Virus record (IMG/VR): IMGVR_UViG_3300025808_000190
Span: 1 to 29,706 of that record
From: a virus
Lineage: Duplodnaviria; Caudoviricetes
Reading direction: 5' to 3' (one strand)
DNA: 29,706 bases
The position numbers were made by a program, and so were the translations under genes. Of the stretch, positions 1 through 7,560 are shown one piece after another. The notes beneath the pieces were generated by a model. The model searched no databases and was not told the DNA's origin. It was given only the letters and a program-made list of their open reading frames with translations. Position 1 is the stretch's first letter. Each line of letters starts with the position of its first letter.

Positions 1-49
1 CGCTGCCGCACTTTGGGCGGGCGTCGTGGAGAAAATCAAAGGAGGTTGA
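1..49 (+). CDS. 3' end of a gene cut by the window edge; possible holin/membrane protein
   Basis: Frame from nt 2 reads AAALWAGVVEKIKGG-stop (TGA 47-49): hydrophobic then basic tail, directly upstream of the endolysin. Confidence 0.4.
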   Translation, partial: AAALWAGVVEKIKGG

Positions 50-51
50 TC

Positions 52-594
52 ATGACCATGATGCTTTCAGAACATTTCTCTCTGGACGAACTGTGCCAGT
101 CCGACACCGCCACCCGGCTGGGGATCGACAACACCCCGCCGCCCGAGGTCATCAACAACCTGCGCCGCCTCGCCGAAGACGTGCTGGAACCGATGCGCAC
201 CAGTCTGCGCGAAGCCGCCGGCAGGCCGGTGTATATCGTCGTCAACTCCGGTTACCGCTGCGAAGCGCTGGAGCGCGTGCTATGCCGCAAGGACTTCACC
301 GCCTGGTGTGTGCGCCACGGCGTCATGGCAGACGAGGCGAGCTGGGGCGTGTACTTCGCCCGCAAAGGCCACCCGCGCGGAGACGTGGCAGACATCACCG
401 CCCGCGCATTCGGCACGCCGCTGAAGATCGTCCGCCACGTTTCGCATCAGCCGCACCTCATGCGCAGCATCGACCAGATCATCATGGAAGGCACATGGGT
501 ACACGTCGGCACCGCCGATAACCCGCGCGGCCAAGTGATGACCGCCACATTTGATTCCGCTGGCGTGCCCAGCTACAGCAGCGGGGTGGCATGA
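52..594 (+). CDS. Endolysin, peptidase M15A (Zn D-Ala-D-Ala carboxypeptidase-like)
   Basis: GGAGG at 41-45, ATG 52; motifs HFSLDEL..SDTA..GIDNTP, SGYR, H..G..AD, WVH. Confidence 0.88.
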   Translation: MTMMLSEHFSLDELCQSDTATRLGIDNTPPPEVINNLRRLAEDVLEPMRTSLREAAGRPVYIVVNSGYRCEALERVLCRKDFTAWCVRHGVMADEASWGVYFARKGHPRGDVADITARAFGTPLKIVRHVSHQPHLMRSIDQIIMEGTWVHVGTADNPRGQVMTATFDSAGVPSYSSGVA

Positions 595-950
595 TGGACG
601 AAGCCCAACACACTACCAGCATCCTCTCCTTTGCGGCCGCCTTCATCTGCCTGACCATCGGTGCCTACATGCACTACCGCAAAGTGCGCAAGACCGGACG
701 GCATCGCGGCTCGCTCAAAGACTACCTGCTGGCCGAAAGCCCCGACCGCAGCGGCGTCGTCCTGCTGCTGCTCCTGCTGGCCAGCTGGCAGGCGGTCAGC
801 TCCGGCGCGGCAGACAACATCAACCCCGAGCTGGTCTGGGCGCTGCTGCGGTCGGGCCACCTCCACGACCCCACCATCAACACCCTCATCGCGCTGGTCG
901 GCATCGGCTACACCTTCGACAGCACGCTCAACAAAGGCGGGGGTGAGTAA
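591..950 (+). CDS. Putative holin (multi-TM membrane protein)
   Basis: ATGA overlap with endolysin; 2-3 hydrophobic segments; position in lysis cassette. Confidence 0.6.
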   Translation: MMDEAQHTTSILSFAAAFICLTIGAYMHYRKVRKTGRHRGSLKDYLLAESPDRSGVVLLLLLLASWQAVSSGAADNINPELVWALLRSGHLHDPTINTLIALVGIGYTFDSTLNKGGGE

Positions 951-1528
951 TGGTCGTCCTCAATGCCATAAACACCGCCCAGCGCGCACTGCTCACCGTC
1001 GTACTTCTCCTGGCGCTGTTCGCCGCCGGTGTCGTGCTCGGCGCATGGCTGGCCTACAGACCCGCCCAGCCAGTGGACGACTGGCAACCCGCCCAGCCCG
1101 ACAAGCGCATCGCCAATGCCGGCACCCAAACCGTCCAGCCTAAAGACTGTCGCGTCGTCGTCGTCGGCCCCGCCGCCAAGGACCAGCTCGACCTCCCGCC
1201 CGAGATCCGCAACAACCCCGCACAGCACGTCAGCGCCTCCGCCATCGTCCCCAGCGACGAACACCCCCAATCCGTCGTCACCCTTTTCGATACCACCACC
1301 GGTCAAACCACCGCCATCACCCAGCGCCTCACCCACCCCTGGCTCGCCACCGAACAACGCGGTCAGCTTTGGGCAGGCTACGGCCTCACCCCCGGCGGCG
1401 AACGGGTAGGGCGCATCCTGCTGCGCGAAGACCTGCTGCAGGTCAAAGCGTTGCACCTCGGCACGAATGCCTCGCTGGATACGGACGGGAGGTGGTTCGC
1501 TGGGATAGGGGTGGCTTATCGGTGGTGA
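950..1528 (+). CDS. Lysis-associated envelope protein, spanin candidate
   Basis: TAATG coupling; N-terminal TM (LLTVVLLLALFAAGVVLGAWL); C-terminal amphipathic beta strands ending FAGIGVAYRW. Confidence 0.55.
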   Translation: MVVLNAINTAQRALLTVVLLLALFAAGVVLGAWLAYRPAQPVDDWQPAQPDKRIANAGTQTVQPKDCRVVVVGPAAKDQLDLPPEIRNNPAQHVSASAIVPSDEHPQSVVTLFDTTTGQTTAITQRLTHPWLATEQRGQLWAGYGLTPGGERVGRILLREDLLQVKALHLGTNASLDTDGRWFAGIGVAYRW

Positions 1529-1734
1529 GTTTTCAGCGCGAATAATTCCCAAAAGGCCGGATGCATCCGCCTGTCTCCGGCCTCCCATTGCTGCCACGTC
1601 CGGCAAGTCGTGTGGACGACCTGCGCAGCCGCAGTCTGAGAAAGCCCAAGCGTTTCACGTCCAGCTTTTATTTCGGCTGGGTTTGGATTGCGTGCCGCAT
1701 TTTCGGTGCGGCCCCGGTTCGGATGATTGCTCAT
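1516..1734 (-). CDS. Small XRE-family HTH DNA-binding protein
   Basis: EIKAGRETLGLSQTAAAQVVHTTCRTWQQWEAG is a Cro/C1-type HTH; ATGA-coupled to upstream gene. Confidence 0.8.
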   Translation of the reverse strand: MSNHPNRGRTENAARNPNPAEIKAGRETLGLSQTAAAQVVHTTCRTWQQWEAGDRRMHPAFWELFALKTHHR

Positions 1735-2021
1735 TTTGGCCTCTTTAAAAATTTATCCACCTTGGATTGGTCGAAAACACCCCAGTCGTCGATGCTGTAC
1801 TCGCCGTGAGATGGCATTGAGTTATCGATTCTCCAGTTGATATCAACGCCGTATTGATGTTTTGCGGTGTTGATGTAGCGCGAGACGGTGGCGCGAGACA
1901 AGCCGAGATCGGCGCACAGTTCCGGGATCGCGACGCCGCCATGGCGGGAGATGTAATGCAGCATGGACATGAGCTGCAACACATTGATCCGGCCAGCGCC
2001 GGACCATTTTTCTGCGCTCAT
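1731..2021 (-). CDS. Winged-helix DNA-binding protein
   Basis: IPELCADLGLSRATVSRYI HTH followed by a beta wing. Confidence 0.7.
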   Translation of the reverse strand: MSAEKWSGAGRINVLQLMSMLHYISRHGGVAIPELCADLGLSRATVSRYINTAKHQYGVDINWRIDNSMPSHGEYSIDDWGVFDQSKVDKFLKRPK

Positions 2022-2347
2022 TATGCGACCCCTGGCTGATGCGAGTGTCTGCCGCCGAATTCATTCTCGGCGATGACCAGCGCGCGCAGCGCGGCGAGCG
2101 GGATCAGCTTGTTGATGTCAGAGCCGATCCATAACGCATCCCCGTCCACGATCTCCGCGTTGGTCGCTGCCCGGCCCTTGTGGTAATTTCGCTCGATCAA
2201 CCGGATTACGGCGGCGAGTTGCCTCGCGGTCAGGTCGTGGAGCATCTCGGCCTCGGTGTCCAACTCCTGTTGGATGGCTTTGCGGGTTACCGACATGTTG
2301 GCCAGATTGCACAGAGCATAGGCGCGTTGCAGCTTGATCGATGTCAT
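2021..2347 (-). CDS. Hypothetical protein
   Basis: AAGGAG SD upstream; TAATG coupling to the next gene. Confidence 0.7.
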   Translation of the reverse strand: MTSIKLQRAYALCNLANMSVTRKAIQQELDTEAEMLHDLTARQLAAVIRLIERNYHKGRAATNAEIVDGDALWIGSDINKLIPLAALRALVIAENEFGGRHSHQPGVA

Positions 2348-2424
2348 GGCACACTCTCCTTGCAGTTAGCGGGCCGCGCGAGCGGCCTGATGGATTGAAA
2401 CATAAACAGGTGTTACATCAGCAA

Positions 2425-2452
2425 AGCAAGGCCGCCGTGAGGCGGCCTTGCT
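2425..2452. terminator. GC-rich hairpin between 2456-2887 and 2021-2347
   Basis: AGCAAGGCCGCC-GTGA-GGCGGCCTTGCT perfect 12-bp stem just after a minus-strand stop; weak U-tract. Confidence 0.55.
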
Positions 2453-2455
2453 CAT

Positions 2456-2887
2456 TTATGCGTCGCAATCTCCGTAGCAGTAGGTATGGCATTTTATGCA
2501 ATACCCCGCATGATGTTTACTACGCGCTTCTTGCTCTTCGATTTCAATTTTTTCTAAGGCTGCAACAATCGCGGCTGTTTCTGTAAGTTCTTCCCCTGAG
2601 GCTTCTGTTTTTTCCGGGGTTGGCTCCTGCTCGGAAAGCTCCATAACGTCCCAGACGCCGCCACACCACATGCAGTTGTAGGCTGCCTTTGTGATGCCCA
2701 TTTCGGCCATCTTGGCTTTGACTGCCGCCTTGTAATCGATGCCTGTCTCTGGATCTTTGATGGCGATTACATCAGATCCAGGTGTTTTATTTTCAAGGTC
2801 TTGCCATGCGTACCCTAAGGCGGCTTGCGGGTTGCCATTGTAATCAGATGGGATGACGTTAATTACGGGTAGGTGGTATGCAGTCAT
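2456..2887 (-). CDS. Hypothetical protein with C-terminal Cys-rich (CxxCxxxCxxxC) motif
   Basis: GGAG SD before ATG 2887 (MTAYHLP); ends HHAGYCIKCHTYCYGDCDA. Confidence 0.7.
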   Translation of the reverse strand: MTAYHLPVINVIPSDYNGNPQAALGYAWQDLENKTPGSDVIAIKDPETGIDYKAAVKAKMAEMGITKAAYNCMWCGGVWDVMELSEQEPTPEKTEASGEELTETAAIVAALEKIEIEEQEARSKHHAGYCIKCHTYCYGDCDA

Positions 2888-2945
2888 TTTATTCTCCAAT
2901 CCCCGAGTCCCGAGGTGCGGTGTCTGCGCTGTGCCGACGGTTCTC

Positions 2946-2973
2946 ACTATACGCGCATTGCGCGTATAGTCAA
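2946..2973 (-). promoter_or_regulatory. Sigma70 promoter overlapped by a perfect palindromic operator
   Basis: Minus strand TTGACT-16 nt-TATAGT; ACTATACGCGCA-T-TGCGCGTATAGT (2946-2970). Confidence 0.75.
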
Positions 2974-3095
2974 CAACTTTTTTTGTGGGGCAATGAAGGT
3001 AGATTCGCTGTGCCAATTTTTGCTCGGCGTCTACGTGACTTCGCCGTGTTTTGAGGCGTCTTTTCGGCACATGATTAATTTCCATCTATCTGTAT

Positions 3096-4256
3096 TTACG
3101 CGGCTTTCTTCTTGCGCTGTAGGATTGTGATTCCAGTTGTCGTGGGTTCGAGCCCCATCAGCCACCCCAGTTTCCCGCCGTCTTGGCGATAGTCCTCGCT
3201 AACATCTTCGGCGCTGTGCCCAGAATTGCACCCACGGGCCTGCGCCGCGCTGGTGATGTTCTCGGCGTAGTTGGCCACGTAGCCGGGTGCGAGGTGGGCG
3301 TATTTCATCACCATGTCCAGGCTGGCCCAGCCGCCCAGTTCCTTCAGTACCGTCAGCGGCGTCCCGCTCATTACGTGCCAGCTTGCCCAGGTGTGGCGTA
3401 GGCCGTGGAAGGTAAATGCCGGATCGATGCCGGCGGCTGTAGCGGCGGCGTACCACGCCTTGGTGGTGGTGCGCTCGATCTTCTTCCCTCGGAACGTAAA
3501 AACATAGCGGGCATCGGCGATGGTGATCTTCTTGAGTTTCTTTTTTTGCTCGGATCGTTCCTTTAGCACCGCGATCGCGTCTGTGTTGAGCGGGACGGGT
3601 ATCGCTTTGCCTGCCTTGGCCTCATCTGGCCAGATCCATGCGATCTTGCGCTCGATGTCGATGTTCTCCCACATCAGGCCGGTGACGTTGGCGCGGCGCA
3701 GGCCGGTGCACAGCGCGAGTCTGGTCATGGCGGACAGGTGATCAGGCAGGGCGGCGGTGAAGCGGTCGGCCTGTGCGCGGGTGATCCACAGGAAGCGGTC
3801 GTTGTTCTCCGGCAGGTAGGGTATCTTCGGCACGCCAGCCAGCAGCCCCTTGGCGTGCGCGTAGTTGAGCACGGCGGAGACGATGGCGAGGAAGCGGTTG
3901 GCGGTGGAGGCGGCGCGCGTCTGCATCAATTCCTTGCGGATGGCGAGCAGTGCGTCGGTGGTGATGTGGGTGATCGGCTTGTCGGCCAGTCTCTCGTTGA
4001 GCCATATCAAGCGGACGCGGTCGGTCTCGTAGCTGGCCTTGTGGATGGCGTGTTCTTCGACCCACTGCAGGGCGGCTTCTTCCCAGCTAGCTATGCGGAC
4101 GTCGCCAAGTTTTTGTTCTCGCCAAATTTCAGCACGACGGCGGTCGTGGTATTCCTGCGCGGCTTGGTGGTCGGCTGTGCCAGTAGTTTCTCTAATCTCT
4201 GTTTTGCGGATCGTCCATTTGCACCAATAGATCCTGCCACGCTTGTAGAGCGACAT
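3096..4256 (-). CDS. int: Tyrosine recombinase / phage integrase
   Basis: Catalytic set TGLRR, K (EAKAG), FHGLRHT, LGGW, MKYAH; N-terminal arm-binding-like domain. Confidence 0.95.
   Translation of the reverse strand: MSLYKRGRIYWCKWTIRKTEIRETTGTADHQAAQEYHDRRRAEIWREQKLGDVRIASWEEAALQWVEEHAIHKASYETDRVRLIWLNERLADKPITHITTDALLAIRKELMQTRAASTANRFLAIVSAVLNYAHAKGLLAGVPKIPYLPENNDRFLWITRAQADRFTAALPDHLSAMTRLALCTGLRRANVTGLMWENIDIERKIAWIWPDEAKAGKAIPVPLNTDAIAVLKERSEQKKKLKKITIADARYVFTFRGKKIERTTTKAWYAAATAAGIDPAFTFHGLRHTWASWHVMSGTPLTVLKELGGWASLDMVMKYAHLAPGYVANYAENITSAAQARGCNSGHSAEDVSEDYRQDGGKLGWLMGLEPTTTGITILQRKKKAA
3122..3169 (+). mobile_element. attP: attP core = 3' half of tRNA-His(GTG)
   Basis: GGATTGTGATTCCAGTTGTCGTGGGTTCGAGCCCCATCAGCCACCCCA matches the anticodon arm to CCA end of proteobacterial tRNA-His; 5' half absent; lies within the integrase 3' end. 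Confidence 0.9.
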
Positions 4257-4441
4257 TCTGTTTCTCCCTGAGTCTTATCACGGTATTGTGCGCGTAGCCA
4301 TTCGGCCAGGTCAACGTCAAGGAAGACCCAACATTTACCCGGCTTGGCCCCCGGCACCTCTCCGGCGCGCGCCTTCGCCTCCAGCGTGTGCGGGTGCAGG
4401 CGCAGGAATTGGGCGGCTTCGTTGAGGTCTAGGGTGCGCAT
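4091..4441 (-). CDS. xis: Excisionase-like HTH protein
   Basis: LDLNEAAQFLRLHPHTL..ARAGEVPGAKPGKCWVF (HTH_17-like); immediately upstream of and overlapping int. Confidence 0.8.
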   Translation of the reverse strand: MRTLDLNEAAQFLRLHPHTLEAKARAGEVPGAKPGKCWVFLDVDLAEWLRAQYRDKTQGETECRSTSVAGSIGANGRSAKQRLEKLLAQPTTKPRRNTTTAVVLKFGENKNLATSA

Positions 4442-4443
4442 GG

Positions 4444-4710
4444 TTATGCTTTACGCCTCAGGATGATCTTCACAAGCTTCGGGTGCGACCACATGGCGGC
4501 GATGATGCCGACGGGGCCGCCGTTGAGGGTGGCGAAGATCTCGGACCAGCTCATGTGCGGCACGGTGTGCCAGATGAACAGGTTGAGCGCGCCGATGGCG
4601 TAGCTGGTGATGATGGCGAGCACGTAGTGATTGCCCTGCACGTTGAGCTGCTGCAGGCCGAGGGCGAACACGACGAGGGCGCTGGAGCAGAAGAGAGTGA
4701 GTTCGGTCAT
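4444..4710 (-). CDS. Small membrane protein (about 3 TM)
   Basis: Hydrophobic 88-aa ORF, TAATG-coupled. Confidence 0.65.
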   Translation of the reverse strand: MTELTLFCSSALVVFALGLQQLNVQGNHYVLAIITSYAIGALNLFIWHTVPHMSWSEIFATLNGGPVGIIAAMWSHPKLVKIILRRKA

Positions 4711-4970
4711 TACTTGCACTTGTGGATCGTCTTGCCGGGCAGGCGGGTGATGCCTGGCCTATCCTCTGTTGCCCCCGGAATAAATCCGCTGCCTTCGATG
4801 CCCGCGCCGCGCATGGCATCCACCTCTACCTTGGCGCTGTTGATGATGACTTGTCCGATGTCGCTCACTGCCTTGGCATTTTCGATGTTGATGGTTCCGT
4901 CTTTTAGCTTGCGCATGGTTTCAAAAAGAATGGCTCGCAAGTCGACAATGTTGTTGCTTTCGTTACTCAT
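4710..4970 (-). CDS. Hypothetical phage protein
   Basis: AAGGAG SD; MSNESNNIVDLRAILFETMRKL...AKAVSDIGQVIINSAKVEVD. Confidence 0.75.
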   Translation of the reverse strand: MSNESNNIVDLRAILFETMRKLKDGTINIENAKAVSDIGQVIINSAKVEVDAMRGAGIEGSGFIPGATEDRPGITRLPGKTIHKCK

Positions 4971-5651
4971 GGGATTGCTCCTTTTTGTTGATCTGTCTGG
5001 TGAGCGCGCCGCGTAGCTGGATGACCTGGGCGATCTCTTTTGGGTAGTTGTGGTAGGTGTTGCGCCGCATGTTTTCTGATCGGGTGATGCATTCGATCTT
5101 GTCGAGAGTGATCTCTTCGAGTTTGTTGGTGCGCATGCCTGGCTTGAAGGCGACGATGTGCCCATCTGGAACAGGGCCGTTGGCATCGATCCACATTTGA
5201 CGGTGGACGGCGACCCAGCGCAGTGCGGGCATGATGTTTGGGTCGTCGTTCATCTTGCGTTGCAGGGTGCCGTCGTCGTTGATGCGTAGAGTTCCGATGG
5301 GGACGTAGTTGTGCTGGGCCGCGCCGCGCATCTCGCCTTTTTTGAATCGCGTGTCGGCAGATCGTCCGCCAGCGACATAGTGCTTGCCCTTGTTCCATGT
5401 CTGGTGCCCTTCCGGAAGCGCGAGCCGACACCTTGGCGGCCGTTCGTTCGTCCAGATGCTGGTGATGCCAGGAATTCTTTAGTCTTTTTCAGGCCGAGCC
5501 ATGAGGCTTTGGCATAGACCTTGGCGAGCGGAATGCCGATGTCGCGCGCGATGTCGGCTGTGCGCTCGTGCGGGTAGCGATTGCGCAGGGCCTGAATCAT
5601 GTCGTCAGTCCAGGTGGCGCGTGTGCGGTTGAGGTGGTGGCTCTTGGTCAC
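4963..5651 (-). pseudogene. HNH endonuclease-family gene split by a single-base frameshift near 5407
   Basis: N-part ...RFRKG continues in another frame as HQTWNKGK...RFKKGEM...HRQMWIDANGPVPDGH; one added base restores a continuous ORF. Confidence 0.75.
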
Positions 5652-7501
5652 GAAGCTATCTCCAGCTCAACCGGCATCGGGAACGGCCACTCAGCAGCCG
5701 TGCGCACCGTTGCTGCCTTGGCCGCTGGCGCCGCTTCCTGTTCCGCCTTCTTCGGTTTGATCTTCTCGGCTTTCTTCTCCGCCGCGATCTTGGCTTTGTG
5801 TTCGGCTGCTGCTTCCTTGCGCAGGCTGTCGGCATCGATGTCGAGTTCCTTGGCCAGCGCCAGCATGGTAGTAGCTTGGCTGTTGTTGTAGTTGGTGCTG
5901 ATCTCACCCAGGAGCAGCGTCATCTCGATGATGAGCATGAGGTGCTGTGCGGGGGTGAAGTTGGGAAGGTTCTCTTGGAACTCCGTGATGTGTGATTGCC
6001 AGTCGATCTCTTCCCCGTCCTTTGCTTCGGGCAGGGTGGTGAACTTGCGCATCAGGACCAGCATCTCCTCGTCATCGAAGTACATATCGCTCATCATCTT
6101 GACTGCCACCATTCGATACAGCACGGGGAAGGTGTTCGATGTCGGGTCCATCATGTCGGTCTCGATGCGGGTGTGTAGGGTGTCGAACAGACGACCTCGG
6201 AAGGTGTTCTCGATGGCGAGCTCTTGCTTTTGTTTCTCGCGTTCCTTGGCGTATTTGTCGTTGGGGTGCTGGCTGGCGGCGGTATTGCTTTCTGCCTTGC
6301 CTTTGAGGGTGATCTCGAACCCGGCCTCGCGCAGCGCTTTGGTGGCGGCTTCGATATTGACGGTCTCGATCATCACTTCGGTGTTGCGCGGGTTCTCGAT
6401 GATGGTCTTAGCCAGCGCTGGCTTGGCCGCGCTCTTGGTGTCGATGAGCTTCTTTTGCTTGAGCAGTTGCTGCCATGTGCGATTCTGTTCGTCGCCTGGC
6501 ACTATGTTGCCCAGGTCGACAAGGCCGTGGTCTCTCAAGCACTCATCCACCATCTTCATGTGGTTGTTGGGGATGATCTTCTTGGCGTCTTTCCCGACGA
6601 GCAGCGTGTCTCCCTTCTCTTCATATTTTTTCTGCAGCGCCAGCACATGGGCGGTCTTTTTCAGGGCATGGCAGACGGGGTCGGTGCAGACGTCTTTACT
6701 GCCAACGTCGTCGAAGAGCTCGGGCTGGTTGCCGGTGCGTTTGGTGCAGGCTGTGCAGCTGCCGCTCTTCGGTACCAGCGTGGCGTCTTTGATGTCGAAA
6801 GGGGCATCGGCAAGGTCGAGCATGTAGCGCTCTTGCAGGATGGTGCGTGCGGCGCGGTAGGATAGGGCTTTGTCGCCTTCCGCCCATCCTTGCGCTCGGC
6901 TGTCGTAGGTTTGTTTGCGTGTCACTTCCTTCAGCGCCTCGATCTGCAGCTTGTGCACCGGGATGCGTGCGATCAGCAGGGCAGTTGATGCGTCCAGCTC
7001 GCCGGCATAGCAGGCGTCTCGTGCTTCCTGGCACAGGTCGAGCAGCTTGAGGCGGGCGTACACATAGGCGCGGCTCTTGCCGATCTCGGCGGCGATGGTC
7101 TCGGCGGTGTAGCGCTGGCCGGTGCGGTCTTTCTCTTGCAGCAGGCGTTCGTAGCCTTCAGCCTCTTCGAGTTCGTGCAGGTCGTCGCGCTGCAGGTTCT
7201 CGATCACCTGGGCGTGCAGCACTTCAGTGTCGGTGAGGTTGCGGATCATGACGGGGATGTTGGTCTCGCCTGCCAGTTTGCTGGCGCGGTATCGGCGCTC
7301 TCCCGCGATGATCTCGATGCGGCGGGGCTTGCCTTCCTCCTGCACCAGCTCGCGGCCCAGCAGTGGCTGCAGCACGCCGTGTGATTTGATGGAGTTGGCC
7401 AACTCTTGCAGCTTGGCATCATCAAAGCGTTTGCGCGGGTTGGTGGTGGATGCCTGCAGCTGGTCGATGTGCAGGTAGAGGATCTGGTCGGATGCGTTCA
7501 T
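5648..7501 (-). CDS. ParB/RepB/Spo0J-family protein (617 aa)
   Basis: NPRKRFD..L.ELA.SI..HGVLQPL, IIAGERRYRA, ENLQRDDL, HTH; Cys cluster CTAC...C...C. Confidence 0.9.
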   Translation of the reverse strand: MNASDQILYLHIDQLQASTTNPRKRFDDAKLQELANSIKSHGVLQPLLGRELVQEEGKPRRIEIIAGERRYRASKLAGETNIPVMIRNLTDTEVLHAQVIENLQRDDLHELEEAEGYERLLQEKDRTGQRYTAETIAAEIGKSRAYVYARLKLLDLCQEARDACYAGELDASTALLIARIPVHKLQIEALKEVTRKQTYDSRAQGWAEGDKALSYRAARTILQERYMLDLADAPFDIKDATLVPKSGSCTACTKRTGNQPELFDDVGSKDVCTDPVCHALKKTAHVLALQKKYEEKGDTLLVGKDAKKIIPNNHMKMVDECLRDHGLVDLGNIVPGDEQNRTWQQLLKQKKLIDTKSAAKPALAKTIIENPRNTEVMIETVNIEAATKALREAGFEITLKGKAESNTAASQHPNDKYAKEREKQKQELAIENTFRGRLFDTLHTRIETDMMDPTSNTFPVLYRMVAVKMMSDMYFDDEEMLVLMRKFTTLPEAKDGEEIDWQSHITEFQENLPNFTPAQHLMLIIEMTLLLGEISTNYNNSQATTMLALAKELDIDADSLRKEAAAEHKAKIAAEKKAEKIKPKKAEQEAAPAAKAATVRTAAEWPFPMPVELEIAS

Positions 7502-7560
7502 GGCGGTCTCCTTATTGGGTGGCGAGTTGTTTCAGTAGTAGCAGCCGGGTGCGAGGTATT

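Larger units (their letters stand above)
2927..3220. repeat. Candidate integrase arm-type sites flanking the att core
   Basis: CGCTGTGCC at 2927-2935, 3006-3014 and 3212-3220; inverted TGTGCCG at 3065-3071. Confidence 0.5.

Noticed and set aside
1029-1409. Embedded Rz1-like o-spanin in an alternative frame
   Set aside because: Pro/Ser-rich, but no hydrophobic signal peptide or lipobox before the Cys.
2888-3085. 5' extension of ORF 2456-3085
   Set aside because: Spans the promoter and attP arm; SD supports ATG 2887.
3122-3169. Functional tRNA-His gene
   Set aside because: The 5' acceptor strand and D arm are missing; it is an att core.
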